This document shows positions 13,721-26,215 of a stretch of DNA of 64,000 nucleotides, piece by piece (position 1 is the first letter of the stretch; every line of letters starts with the position of its first letter). The stretch spans positions 40,920,001 to 40,984,000 of the forward strand of contig OZ320314.1 of NCBI GenBank assembly GCA_976226885.1, written 5' to 3'. Under the pieces are notes generated by a model that saw only the letters and a list, made by a program, of their open reading frames with translations, ran no database searches and had not been told where the DNA came from. Position numbers and translations under genes: made by a program. The DNA comes from Iphione sp. A-MEVVRFRX5 (lineage: Eukaryota).

Positions 13721-15001
13721 TGTGTGCGTGTGCCTATTGATTGCTATCTCTTTTTGAGCTGCGTTTTCTTTTATCTGTTTATCAAAATTTCCTACTTGTT
13801 ATTGCCAATGATTTTATAGGTATTTTATTGCATTGATAAATTTCTGTGCATCAGGCCGTAATCATATTCAGACGAGATTTTCAGATATTCATGTTCAAAT
13901 GAGAACATGTATAGATGTATGTTATGGGTTTCAATGTGTCTTATGGACAGTGCACCTAAATTCCTCGTCCTGTTCTTCAAGTAGCCAAAGACTACACTGT
14001 CAGAATTCGGACGAAACGTGGGTGTTTACTTGCTGCGAAAATGAACAATATATGGGACTGCTGCACACGTATTGCTTATTTTTTTTTTGCTGTCTTTCTT
14101 CAGATGGCTGATTCTTACCTCTTTCTTGGTGTTGTTTTATCTTGTTCTATTCCCTATGTGAAGTGTCAGAAACTGTGTAACGTAGAGTTCCCCCATTTTA
14201 TAGAAGCCTTATCGCTGTTCCTGTATTTTGAGGTATTGTTGTAGTATGTTTAACGTTGAAAAACCTACGTGTTCAAGGTCCTAGAAAAAAGAAAACTAAG
14301 TTAACTATATATGATAGAGGACCGGCCGGTTTTTGTTTGGCAATTCTCTTATAATTAGCCGTTTCTTGAATTCAGATCTAATAAGCTGCCTCAAAAAATG
14401 CATACATTTACTCTTCTTTGTGTCTACATCTCGCTCCAGTGCTATGTATAGGATTGTTTTCTTTGCTGTTGAAGTGGGCAAATATTTTAGATTTCTTTGA
14501 ATACAACAAACTCCATAGTATTTGAGCTGCCACGGCAGAGACAGAATCAGGATGTGGGGTGCAGAGATTATGTCTGTACAGGATGTTAAAGAAAGGTCAA
14601 CCAGGCCAAAGCAGGAGTCCAATTGAAAAGGGAGAGCGTTGTAAAAGGGGACGCAAAGGGTGGAGAGGTGAGGGCGAGGGTGGAGATGGGGACGGGGAGT
14701 GAGTGAGGAGGGGGGCAGGGGAGAGGGGTTGTAAAACCTTACTTCCCCAAGCCTGCACCCCCGCTGACGGAGGTATCCAATTTAGCCTTACCTGAGTGTT
14801 GATCTCACACCTGTACAGGTAAAACAGATGGCGGGGGTGGGAGGAATAGGCTACTTGAGCAGAATGCAGGATACATGAATAGATGAATAAATAAAGGAAG
14901 AAGATTAGGTGGATCAGACGTCATAATGAATGTGCATACATGTGTACTTGGAATTAACGCGATATATTGAAATCATTATCTCAGTTTTCTGTTCCATGAA
15001 A

Positions 15002-15202
15002 CACTTTTGCATTAAATGAACTGGTGTAATCGAGTTTTGTGAAAGACATACACATATGCTTACTAGAACTCAGATTTTAAGGGAAAAACCCCTTTTCTAT
15101 TTCACTTTTGCATTGAATGAACAGGTGTAATCCAGTTTTGTGAAAGACATACACATATGCTTACTAGAATTAAGATTTTAATGGGAAAAAACCATTTCCT
15201 AT
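15002..15202. repeat. Tandem duplication, 2 x ~101 bp
   Basis: CACTTTTGCATT...GAAAGACATACACATATGCTTACTAGAA... repeats at 15002 and 15103. Confidence 0.9.
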
Positions 15203-18200
15203 CCCCAAGCTGTTGTTACAGTGCTGATTAAAGGCAGCAACCCTTATTATTGAAAATAAGTTCGTTCTATGGTGTTCTTACTTTTTCTTTTTAACTAGAA
15301 ACGTATTTTTTGTCATGGGCAATGAAGCACTATGCATGGAGATGTTATCGTGGTGTGCCCTCGGAGGATCACAGGATCCTACCTCTCGTTTTCCTTGATG
15401 TGGAGACATTGTCGTACTGTGAACGTGCATTTTGATCGCATACCATGTATGAATGATCGCCCTTCTCTTTCAAGTTCTCGTTGACTCCACGCCTCATCAC
15501 TGGAGTAGAGCATTGGCGATTTGGAGTCGTTATGTTTATTTTCTCATTTTTGTAGACTTCATTTTGTAATGAATCTTAATGTCAACTATGCGCACGCTGT
15601 ACATATACAAACGGAGACAAGGACCGTTGAAAACGCCTGCAGTGAAATGCCGTCATTTTCAGGGAGTTTTCAGCTTCGTCCCTGGAATCGGTAGTTGGGA
15701 AATACGTCTTCTGCATCTTCACCCAGTATTTAATGAACTACACGTGCGTTTGGTAATAATTCTGTCGAGGTCTGACGGCTTCGTTATCTTAAATTAGTAT
15801 AACATCTGCTGCGTCTAAAGTCATAGCAAAGTACATGTATTTTCGTGACCTATCACGAAAGCATGAAATCGGTTATTACTTGGCACAGTGCCATATACAC
15901 ACATCAAACAAGAAATCCAGGTCTCTCTGGTCGCAAAGGGTTAGAGCTCTCTACACTAATGGCTCCTGCCAATGTGTAGGTTATGTTCCATGCTGTGATC
16001 ATAAAATCGGAAGTAGAAAGTTGAAATCCCAACGAGAATGACACCTAGTTGCTGCAGGTCAGTGCTCCATAGGGCGAGCTCTCTCCCCTAGTTAGCCATT
16101 AACTTTAGAAGATGGACCTAGGTGGTTTGTCATCGAGGACTCCGCTCTCTGCCATTATGCCTGCTCCACCCTGGTAGTTTGAATCCTTAAAAAAAAGATC
16201 ACGGAAGAAAATGAAAAGACCCCTCCCCTACTCAAAAACGGTGGGGGAGGGGGGGGTCCCCCTTTTTAATATACACTGTTTGGTCCGATGTTGACGGAGT
16301 ATGTGACCATTGCCATTTGAATGCGTGCTAGCTGAAAAAGGAAAACGACGAAAAGTATCTGGAGAATTTGAAGGGGGATGGGGTAAAATACCTGCCCTTC
16401 TCCGTTGCCATTTGTTGCTTGTGTGAGACGGATTGCTTCCCACCACCCTGTGTTTGATCGATGATCTTCTGATAGCAAATGTGCGGTGATGGATTTAGTA
16501 GTCAAGTGGAGGTCCCCCTCCCCCCCCTCCCCCTGACCTCCCTTCCTCTCAGGTGAACACAATACCCAGGCAAAGAAAACGGTCCACATGTTTCTGCTGG
16601 GCGACCGCAGTCTGTCCAAAGCTTATCAAACAATGCGAATGGGAAAATAAGGTCATTTCAGGTTCATTTTTGTTTTGGCTGATGTCTTGAATCATTTATT
16701 TGGTAACGTTTAACGTCCGACAGCCTGGTAACTTGAATACGTTCAATATTTGCCGTGGCCTGGCGTTTTTGGACACTTGAGGGGAGTATGAAGAGTGCTC
16801 TTCTTGCTCACACAGCATTGCGAAGTATTTTATCCTGCGACTGTCACCACTTGCGTTTCTCGCATTTTCAAATTCGTTGTTTTGAAAGGTGCTTAAAACC
16901 GGTGATTTCTTTTTAAATGCTCCCCCCCCCCTCCAGTAGACCGAAATGGTGCATTTATTTGTGGGATGTAACTTCTATTTTCCAAGGCATACTTGGTGGT
17001 GATTAGACTAAGAAGGTCCGTTTTGGCTCAGATGGGACTGCGTTTTAAGTTCATGCATAGAATGGATCTGTTAAAATCCGCAAATCGCCGCTAAGGGCGC
17101 TGGTACATTGTGTACTTAAGGTATGCCACCAACAGCTCAGGAGAAGTTAACCTTTTGTGGAGCGCGTCGAGGCGTTTGGTATTCACGAAGATATTTTAGC
17201 AGTTTATCCTCCCCATCTTTATACATGCATGGTTTCCGCATTTTTTATTTCCTATGCTCTTGTAAAGGTGGTGATGTCAGGGCTTCAAGAGAAATCATTA
17301 CTCAATGGCGTGCCCATGGTACGTATGTATACACGGGTCGATAAGATATGGGTCTTCTCTGCTTCCCTCCATCTTCCCCTACTGCTGGTGAGTAGTATGT
17401 GTGTAAACTCGCAGTGTGATATGGTGTGACTTGAGTAAAAAGATGTTTTATTCAAACGCGGCGTGAAATGTGCCCAACAATCATAAGAAATATTTTCCTA
17501 TCACAGGAAAACGAGGACCACAGATCCGCTAGGCACACTGCTCTATAGGTAAGGGTGTGGGTGGTGGCCATTGCAGTCCTAATGTATTTATGCACGGAAC
17601 GCCCCTGGGCCTGTACACAACACACGACAAATATAGACGTACAGATTGAGATTTACTGTGTAATTGTATTGGCGGTGTCAGTGGCTTGTGTTCTCTAGGA
17701 TTTTTGACCGAAATGAGCATGTGTATATATAGACGTCTTGTGATCACGGTCTTTTTCCTTACGGTAATGCCTCATGCATGTCTGCCTCACTGAGGGCCAT
17801 TTGTGACGTACACCTGAAGACAAAGTAACCCCCGTGACTGTACCTCCAAGGCATTTTACAAAGCAACCCCAACGCCACTTACACGCTCGCTTAACGAGCT
17901 AATAAGTGGGGCCTCTACCCTTCCTCCTACCTACTCCCTTGTCACGCCATTGTCAGCCAGTGTCAGTCCTCCTCTACCACCAGCGCGGGGTATGTGAAAG
18001 CCCTACCTGTCAAGGGGGCAAAAACGAAGGAGAAGAGAGGCACAGCTACAACAGCCTCCCATAGTATTCTCAGCACTCCACAGAGGCACTCTCACACATT
18101 AGCCAGAACTGTTACCGACTTACATAAAAGCCAGAGCATAATCTCATTACGAGGACAAATATAGGCCCCATTCAGCTACGTCTGCTGGTATTTTTATCTC

Positions 18201-19509
18201 TATTCAGAGCAAAACCCTCATAATATAGCAGAAGTATTAGTTTGGCTTTTTTCGCCACGGTTTCTGCTTGATTTCCATGCATCTTAAAATTACAGTGTGT
18301 GTATATGTGTGGTTGTGTGTGTGTGCGTGCGTGCGTGCGCCATATAACTATTGAAATGTGTACGTTTTTTTGCAGCAGTTGCTTGAGTTTGTGCTATAAC
18401 TTGCAGAAGTTGTGTGGGAATGTGTAGGAATTATGCAGGTTTCTACAAATGAACCATCACACCTGTGCTTTGTGCATCTCTGTGCTGTCTTTATCCTGTT
18501 TTTTTTATGACGTACTTCTATGTTAAACACAGATCCATGGGCTATGAAAAAATGAGACGTCCCAATCTGAAACACGGATCTGTGTGTGACACAATATGTG
18601 CAGGTACATGGAAGTAGTCCATCTCTAGCACATTTGCTTAAAAAAAGCCACGGAGCTCAAACACTGACATGAAAACACCATAACACTTTCGCTATATTAG
18701 GGATACATGTATGGTAAAGACTTAATGTGGAAGCTTTGTCTCCGTCCAGAATGAATCTAGACGTAGAGCTCCCAGCCTAACTAAAGCAGTGCACCGCGCT
18801 AATCCAATCCAGATCAAGTCAAGTCTAGGATAGCGTTGTAAATTGGCTTTGCGGCTCCTAACCCCCAACCCCCCCCCCCCCGAAGCCGAAAGACTGATCG
18901 AGTTCCCCCATGTTCCTCTCACTTCAAATGTAGCGTACTCTGAGTAAACGTCGATGAAATACATCTGTTCGCTCGATCATATTCTGATGGATGGTTATGG
19001 TTATGGCTTCTCACATACCCAGTGGGACCTTGCTTATTTTTTTTTGGTGATGGGGATCATAGACTAGGTCCACACCAAGTGAACACCGATGTGATTTGTT
19101 TATATTCAGAGGCGTGCCCCATAGTGAGAGAGAGGTCTGTCACTTTATAGTCAGTCAGATTAGTCGACCTATCGTTATCAAAAGCGACACATGCGCAACG
19201 TTAACAGAGTACTGTTGTCAACAGTAACAATACATTGTGCTTTTCCTCATTGTCCCTTTTCAAAATATAAAAGAGAATTCTACAAGCCTGTCAGGGATGT
19301 ATACTGCAGTGGTCCTCCGGCACTCTTTGATATACATGTACATATCATGTAGTGTCGGCCAGAGGCAGTGTTCCTGACCATGCCATCCAGCCTCCGACCA
19401 TCTAGCATCCGGCCTGCCAGTCGCCGAGGACTTGTAGAATCCCAGTATGCTCTTTATTGTAACAGAAACTATCATTGGCCCGTTGGATCATGTGCAAAGG
19501 GGCCTTCCT

Positions 19510-19511
<2 letters not shown>

Positions 19512-19549
<38 letters not shown>
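19512..19549. repeat. (AT)n microsatellite
   Basis: Direct reading. Confidence 0.95.
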
Positions 19550-19552
<3 letters not shown>

Positions 19553-22500
19553 CCAGGTTTTTCCTGATAAATCACTCGTTCACTTCATGCCTTACGCTAT
19601 CGTGGACCTTTCCTTATTCCAGCTATAGAGAAAGGCAAGACATTCTTCTACGATTCCAGGCTTAAACGCTGTTCCGTGTAACTGATATAGATACATGTAC
19701 ATGTATTTGCTATTTTACAAAGTCTTGTTCCACTTACCTGTGTATGGACATGCATTTATTCATGGGACTTCAGTAACAAGAACAAAATCTCAAGAACACG
19801 AACATTTTGCCGAAAACAACAGGACACCTTTTGTTGTGAAATTAAAATGAATTAAAGCCTCGTATGGGACTTTTGTTTAATTTTTTTTAAAACTCTGTTA
19901 ATTCCGGCACGTTGTAATCACTCATGAAATTAGGGCCCCGCTCATGGCGGTGAACCAATGACCTGGAATCGCACGCTTCATTTAGAAGGCTGCATTATAA
20001 TGTAAAGACCTCCCTCCCTCCCTATCCTCCCCTCCTCCCGCCTCCCTCTCTCCCAGGGCGCTGTTGGCAGTGAGGTGTTGTGTATAAACAGGTGGTCGGC
20101 CCTCGGGAAGGAATTTCTAGCATATAAGTGCTCAGCGAAGGCTTAGGGCGAGCAAAACAGGATTAGTAGCTCCGATTAAGGACTTGTTTTTACAATAACT
20201 CTGGCAAAGCTGTCTGTAGATATTGCACGCTTGTCACAGTGTGTATCTTATCTACNNNNNNNNNNNNNNNNNNNNNNNNNNNNNNNNNNNNNNNNNNNNN
20301 NNNNNNNNNNNNNNNNNNNNNNNNNNNNNNNNNNNNNNNNNNNNNNNNNNNNNNNNNNNNNNNNNNNNNNNNNNNNNNNNNNNNNNNNNNNNNNNNNNNN
20401 NNNNNNNNNNNNNNNNTACACCAATTGATAATACACAGAACTTTTAGATATATATCTGGAAAAGCTCTACCATAGTTGGCACGTGGATTGAATCATGGCC
20501 CTCTCTGTTTGTGTTTTAAATATGTATATTACATTACTCAATTTCACGCGTGTTTCATAAAAATATAAGAAAATCAATACATGTAGGTGTTTTTACGTGG
20601 AAATTTGAAGACATATAAACATGTTTCCTCAAATACTAGCAGGTCACCCAAAGCATGGACCCATTTAGTACTTAATGAGTCACACGCATCGCCCGCAGCC
20701 TGCAGCCTTCCCACCTTTGTGTTCTCCAGGTCGATGCAGGTTTTTACAACTGCTTTCTGGGAATAGGACCGGAGAGTGGCAGCCGTCACAAATGAACCAT
20801 AATGTGAACTGGTTTGCTACGGGCGGTTGGACATAAATCCACACCAGGTCAAAGGTGAGGTGAAACAAGCTCGGCCCTGAACACTTTACGGTCAGCGTTA
20901 GTGTCCAGGACCATAAAATACACATCATTAGAAACCAGTATTAGGCGTAAATTACTCTAAAATAACCCACCCACCTCCCCCATCCACACAGCCGATTCAT
21001 ATAAGGCCAGATTAGTTCGTGTAGATTGATTTTGGAATTGTTTTCAAATGATGAAGTATAAACTTCAACCTATGAGAAAATTTAATGAAGGAAGTACATG
21101 TATAATATATATATGTCAAACACATACTTATCGTTGTTAGTGGCATCGCCTTTGAAGGACATCCCCTGACATGATTGTGTTTGGCAGTAGTACGGTTTGA
21201 TATACTGTATTGTGCAATAGTGTGATATGATATGCAGAAGAAATCCTCTCAAAGGCCAACCCACGTTGGAGGCCTTACTTTGGTTAAGACCACGAATTTC
21301 GAGAACTAGCTACATGTATTCAGTCACATGTACATGTTTTACCAACCCATTGCGGAAAGCACCTCGACGGAGCGACAAGTTGGCCAGATTCACGCATGGC
21401 ATCCTTTAAGGGTTTTTACTGCACATGTACAAGGACAGTAACCCCTCTGAATAACAACACTGGTTCCAATTGATTGTGCTTGCAACAGTACGGTGTTGGA
21501 ATAGTGAGGAATTTCTTTATACATGAAATGGTGTCGTTGTTCTGTACCAAAGGGTACTGGACTAGTGAGGAGGTGGAATACCCAAGGGTTTCTACTGCAT
21601 AGTGGCATGGACGTATCCATGGACGTGCGGAGCGACATCTCGTCACCCTTATCCGCCTAATTAGTGCAAACAAATGTAGCAGAAGCGGCACCCTGCGTCC
21701 ATTTACGTGTCCTCTGTAGTCGTGAGCGATTGGCCGAGACCAACCTGCTCCTCTGGGACTCAGTCAAGACCTTGCTGGTTCCCCTTTTATCACATTTATG
21801 GGTGTAGGCTGACATGTACAGTGTGTATATATACGTACAGAAGGCAGGCAACACGTTCACGACCGCAGGTAGGCCGGCTCGGGCAAAATCCAGCTACCTC
21901 GTGGAGGATAGTAGTGTGAGCAGGTCGTCGTGTTCGACTTCTGTCTCCGTTATTTCCCATAGGATTCCATCCGTAGGCTGTAAAAGGGTTCACCCGAACT
22001 ACACGGGTACATGAACCGTATAGTGATTTACGTGTTCTGTAGTTCACTAACATGGCGTTTCTTTCCGTATGTTCTTTATGGCTGGAGACCGTTCCCTGCT
22101 GCGATCTCCCCGCGTTCTGGTTTTGTTTTACCTTCATAAGCCTTTCATAGTGCCCAGAAACAGGATAGCCTCGTTGGAAATTCCAGGAGAACCACATAAC
22201 TGGGGTCACCCGAGAAAAAGATATAGCCCTAGACTTGGAAAACTTGACTGAAATAGCTTCATATATGGACAAGTCATGGTACCATCAGAGACTGGAGACA
22301 CCTGCGTGATTAGGACACTTTCACTTGGAACCAAGGGTATTCCCAGTTGCAAAGTTCTGCTGTATATGTGTAGTCAGTAAGTCATTTTGGCAATCTCAGT
22401 GTAGCCTCACGTCTTCATTGTTCAGGATGCTTAAGCCTCGAACAGCCGTGAGCAGAGAAAGCTGTGTGACAAATAGGGCCGGGAAATTTCTCCTGCCCTC

Positions 22501-24489
22501 CCTGCTCCTCGTCTCCTCTCTCCTGCCCTCCTTTCCTCCTCTCACTAGTTCGCTGACTCTCTCTTGGCGCCTGGACTGTTCGTGTGGATTACGTAGGGTT
22601 TCTGTGCCACCCCACCCGCCAGTCTTTTTCCCATTTGGTATTATTTTATGAAATGTTCGCTGATTAGGCTTTGCCTGGATTGCTTCAGACCTTATTCATG
22701 AAGCACCTTTCAGTACTTGTTACGGCATGCAAATGTCCTTTCCTCTCATAAATGTATGAAGATTACGTCTGGTGTTTTAGTTTTTTTTGTTTTGCTCTTT
22801 TATAAAACACTATGCATACAATGATGAGTCAGTCGGCCTGATTATGCAACAGATGTGTATCACTTCACATACTCTACACATGCTTCCATATACATAAAGA
22901 GGATCATGGTAGTTAAATTCTATTTTGGCTGTTTCCTTGGAGACTCACCTTTTCTCAGGTACACTTTATACCGATGCTTTCTTATGACATAATTTACTGC
23001 GATCGGGTACAGTTTAAACATTTAAACGCAGTGGTACCCTGAACCATTTTGCCAATACTGAGATACTGAATTTTGTAGCCGAAAAGCACTTCTGTGAACT
23101 GCTTTCCTTGGTCGTACCAAGATTATTGGACTGATAGTTGACGGTAGACCTGAACGAAATTACCTGTTGACCTTAAGCTGAGTAAGCACCACTGCCTTCC
23201 GTTCATTTCAAGCAAAACCCAACCACTCAGCCCACGGAAAAGATGGACGCCGTGGGGGGCTAATGTCCAACAGACGTTCTCCTTAAGGCCATATCCTTTT
23301 GCGATAAATATTATTTCCCCTGCGTAACTTATATCCATTATGAAAGCCGTGACCAACTGTCGACCAATTGCTGCATAGATGCATATTGCCTGACACGGCA
23401 GGGTACAAAAAATCGTTTTTTTTTCCCTGCTAGCAAGACATCTGAATTGCCTGAATCTCAGCCTTTAGATGTAAAGTAAACACGAAAACTATTATGCAAG
23501 ACACAGTAGTTGGCGGTGATTAGACCTGCCTTCAGAGTGTCTGTGGGAAGTCTCAGCGCAAGCCTGGTCACCTCTAACCCCCCCCCCCCGTGATGCTGCG
23601 ATGACTTGCTTACCTGGCGGCAGCCTCACCTGGGATTTGAATGGGCCCAGGTAACCTGAGGCTACATCAAAGACTCACCGCTATCCTTCCAGCGCACCTG
23701 CACACGCACACTCTTACATACCCACATTGGGTTATAAATATCGTTTGACACAGTCCGACAGGCGGTAACAGATGTCTTACAACACACGCGCACACAAACA
23801 CATACGCTGACATTTTTTTTTACCGCACACAGTACTTAGTGCATTTTCTGTCTCACATGCCGATACGTCTTGGCATAGACATACAGGTACGCATCTGTAC
23901 AAAATGTGTGTCACACAGACAAGCCAATGTGGCATCAATACTGGGGCACAAAGAAGTCGATTAACGTGCCGTTAGGTAACTGTGAAGGTAAGTCTCAAAC
24001 TTTTACATGGTGATTAGCATCAAATGTTGAGTTGAACATTCATTTTTATGACATTTGTTACACAAGGTGCCTTGCTTTGTCAGTTTCTCGAAAAAGAGAC
24101 ACTCTTATTTGCGTTACATTGATGGTTACCCTGCTGAAGGCAGCTAGCCTTGTGTTTTGGGAACTAGGTCTAATATTGCCCACCACCTCAAGCTGACAAA
24201 ATCAGCGAACCCCAACTAATTAGTCTTTGGCAGCAGGAGAACGGTAATCTAAAGTACATTTTTATAAGTCGGTCTTCCGTATATATGGGTCGCATGAGTA
24301 CATCCTGAAGAGAGGAGGAAGCCATGCTTGTGACGTGCCTCCTCATAACAATCTCGTGTTACGGACTCGGTTCTTACATACGAGTCACTTTTAATCTGAG
24401 TGTAATCTATTCATCAAGAAAGTCGCCTTTGAAAAAAAAACAAACCAAAACTATATTTTTGCATATATATATATATGTATATCCCCCCC

Positions 24490-24690
24490 CCAGGGCGAGA
24501 GCGGAAGGTGACGGTGGGATGGGGTTAGGTGAGGTGTTCTCCTGCAGCATATTTCCGGTGTAGAGCGGAAACGCTCTCCCCTCGGGGGAGGCGCGGTGCT
24601 AGGGACCTGTGCTCTGGGTCTGGACCGCGCGCCGCCGTCGTCTAGAGGTGTGGGTTTTCAGGGGGGGGGGGGCGGCGCTGGTGACCCCAT
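24490..24690. promoter_or_regulatory. CpG/GC-rich promoter- or enhancer-like island
   Basis: Local CpG density, ETS-like GCGGAAG/TTCCGG motifs and GC runs in an otherwise AT-rich background. Confidence 0.35.
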
Positions 24691-25931
24691 GTGCCATTTT
24701 TAAACTCTTGTTACACGACACCTTGTTTTTTTTTTTTTGAACAACAGACGCTCACTTGGACGCCTATAGATCTATGGCGCCTTGAGGCGTCGGCCGAGGT
24801 ATACAGACGTACTAAGCTGGACGTCTTTGTCTTTTTCCCCTTGTGTGCATATAGAGCACTTCNNNNNNNNNNNNNNNNNNNNNNNNNNNNNNNNNNNNNN
24901 NNNNNNNNNNNNNNNNNNNNNNNNNNNNNNNNNNNNNNNNNNNNNNNNNNNNNNNNNNNNNNNNNNNNNNNNNNNNNNNNNNNNNNNNNNNNNNNNNNNN
25001 NNNNNNNNNNNNNNNNNNNNNNTCCCCAACGGGTACAGAGTACATGCGACTATGATCGCAATCGGTTCCGGTGGAAATCTGATGAGTATTCTCGAAGTAC
25101 ACGTATAGATGAAATACTGAGAAGGCTTTGAATATTGGAGGTTGCTGGGGTAATACGAAGATAGCCCCCGTCTTTTTCACTCAGCTTCGGCATCTGACTC
25201 CCTCTGTGGCTTCTCTATGTGTATACGATTCGATTCGTGCCACTCCAAACGTCGATCTCTCAGCTGTGGTTTGCAAGTGTTCCTCCTCTTTCCTCTTTCC
25301 TATTGTGCGCATATACATGTACTTACATCTGATTTCATGTATCCGCTCCTACGCTTTCAGACGTATTTTATGTGCACGTATGGAAGAAACAATTCTGATA
25401 AGATGGATAATATGTTGGGCATCTTCATATAGTTGTTCCATATGACGAAACTATTATGCGGATTACGCAGGTGCGCACACACAGGCGATCACACACACAC
25501 ACACACACACACACAGGAGCAGAAGCAGCACTGGCCGTATCTCAAACATTACCTGCCCCTGAAGGCCCCTTGCCATCAGCGGCACCAGGAAAGCATTATC
25601 AGTGCCCGACCGGGTGAGGGCAAGCAGGCCCGCGTCTGGCCCTAGGTAGAGGATGATCACAGTAGGTATGATCACAGCGAAAAAAAAATAACCAAAGTGT
25701 GACTCAATTGATTACCTCTGGTCCAGCAGTAATCAAAGTTCAGCCTCAGTGAACCAGGGGTCGCTGCGCACGCAGGGCCGGTGACCGAGACCCTATAAAT
25801 GGACATTTACATCGCTGACCAATAAGGTGTGCCCTACCATCTACTGCATTATTTATTGCCGGAGAAACAGACTACAGGCAGTGTAATGCGAAGCCAAAGA
25901 GAAAAAAGCAGAAACAGGAGTCAGACGGTCA

Positions 25932-25933
<2 letters not shown>

Positions 25934-26001
<68 letters not shown>

Positions 26002-26215
26002 GAGAGAGAGGGAGAGCGAGAGAGAGAGGCGGGAAGAAAGAGAAAGAGAGAGGAGAAAGCAGAGAGAGGTGAGAGGTGAGAGAGAAAGGGGGCGCAGGGG
26101 GAGAGAAGGGGAGAGTAGGAAGAGATATTGGGAGAGATTCGCGAGGAGAGAAAGGGAAGCAGAAAGGGCGACCCATATATAGACAGACAGACAGACAGAC
26201 CGACAGACAGACAAA
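25934..26215. repeat. (GA)n / purine-rich / (GACA)n compound repeat
   Basis: Direct reading. Source of the spurious RERE and SLSL ORFs. Confidence 0.95.

Noticed and set aside
13994-14025. GGACGAAACGT resembling a second hammerhead
   Set aside because: The CTGANGA core is absent (CTGTCAGA). At best it is a decayed relic.
16392-16468. SH3-like NTGWWEAIRL
   Set aside because: The ALYDY and G.IP.NY elements are missing, all three frames are open, and the segment also resembles a decayed tRNA B-box.
20690-20790. Ig-like DAGFYNC
   Set aside because: Spacing to the upstream strand is wrong, a stop follows soon after, and there is no first Cys/Trp.
25079-25115. CTGATGAGTA...TAC hammerhead-like start
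   Set aside because: No GAAA directly after the stem.
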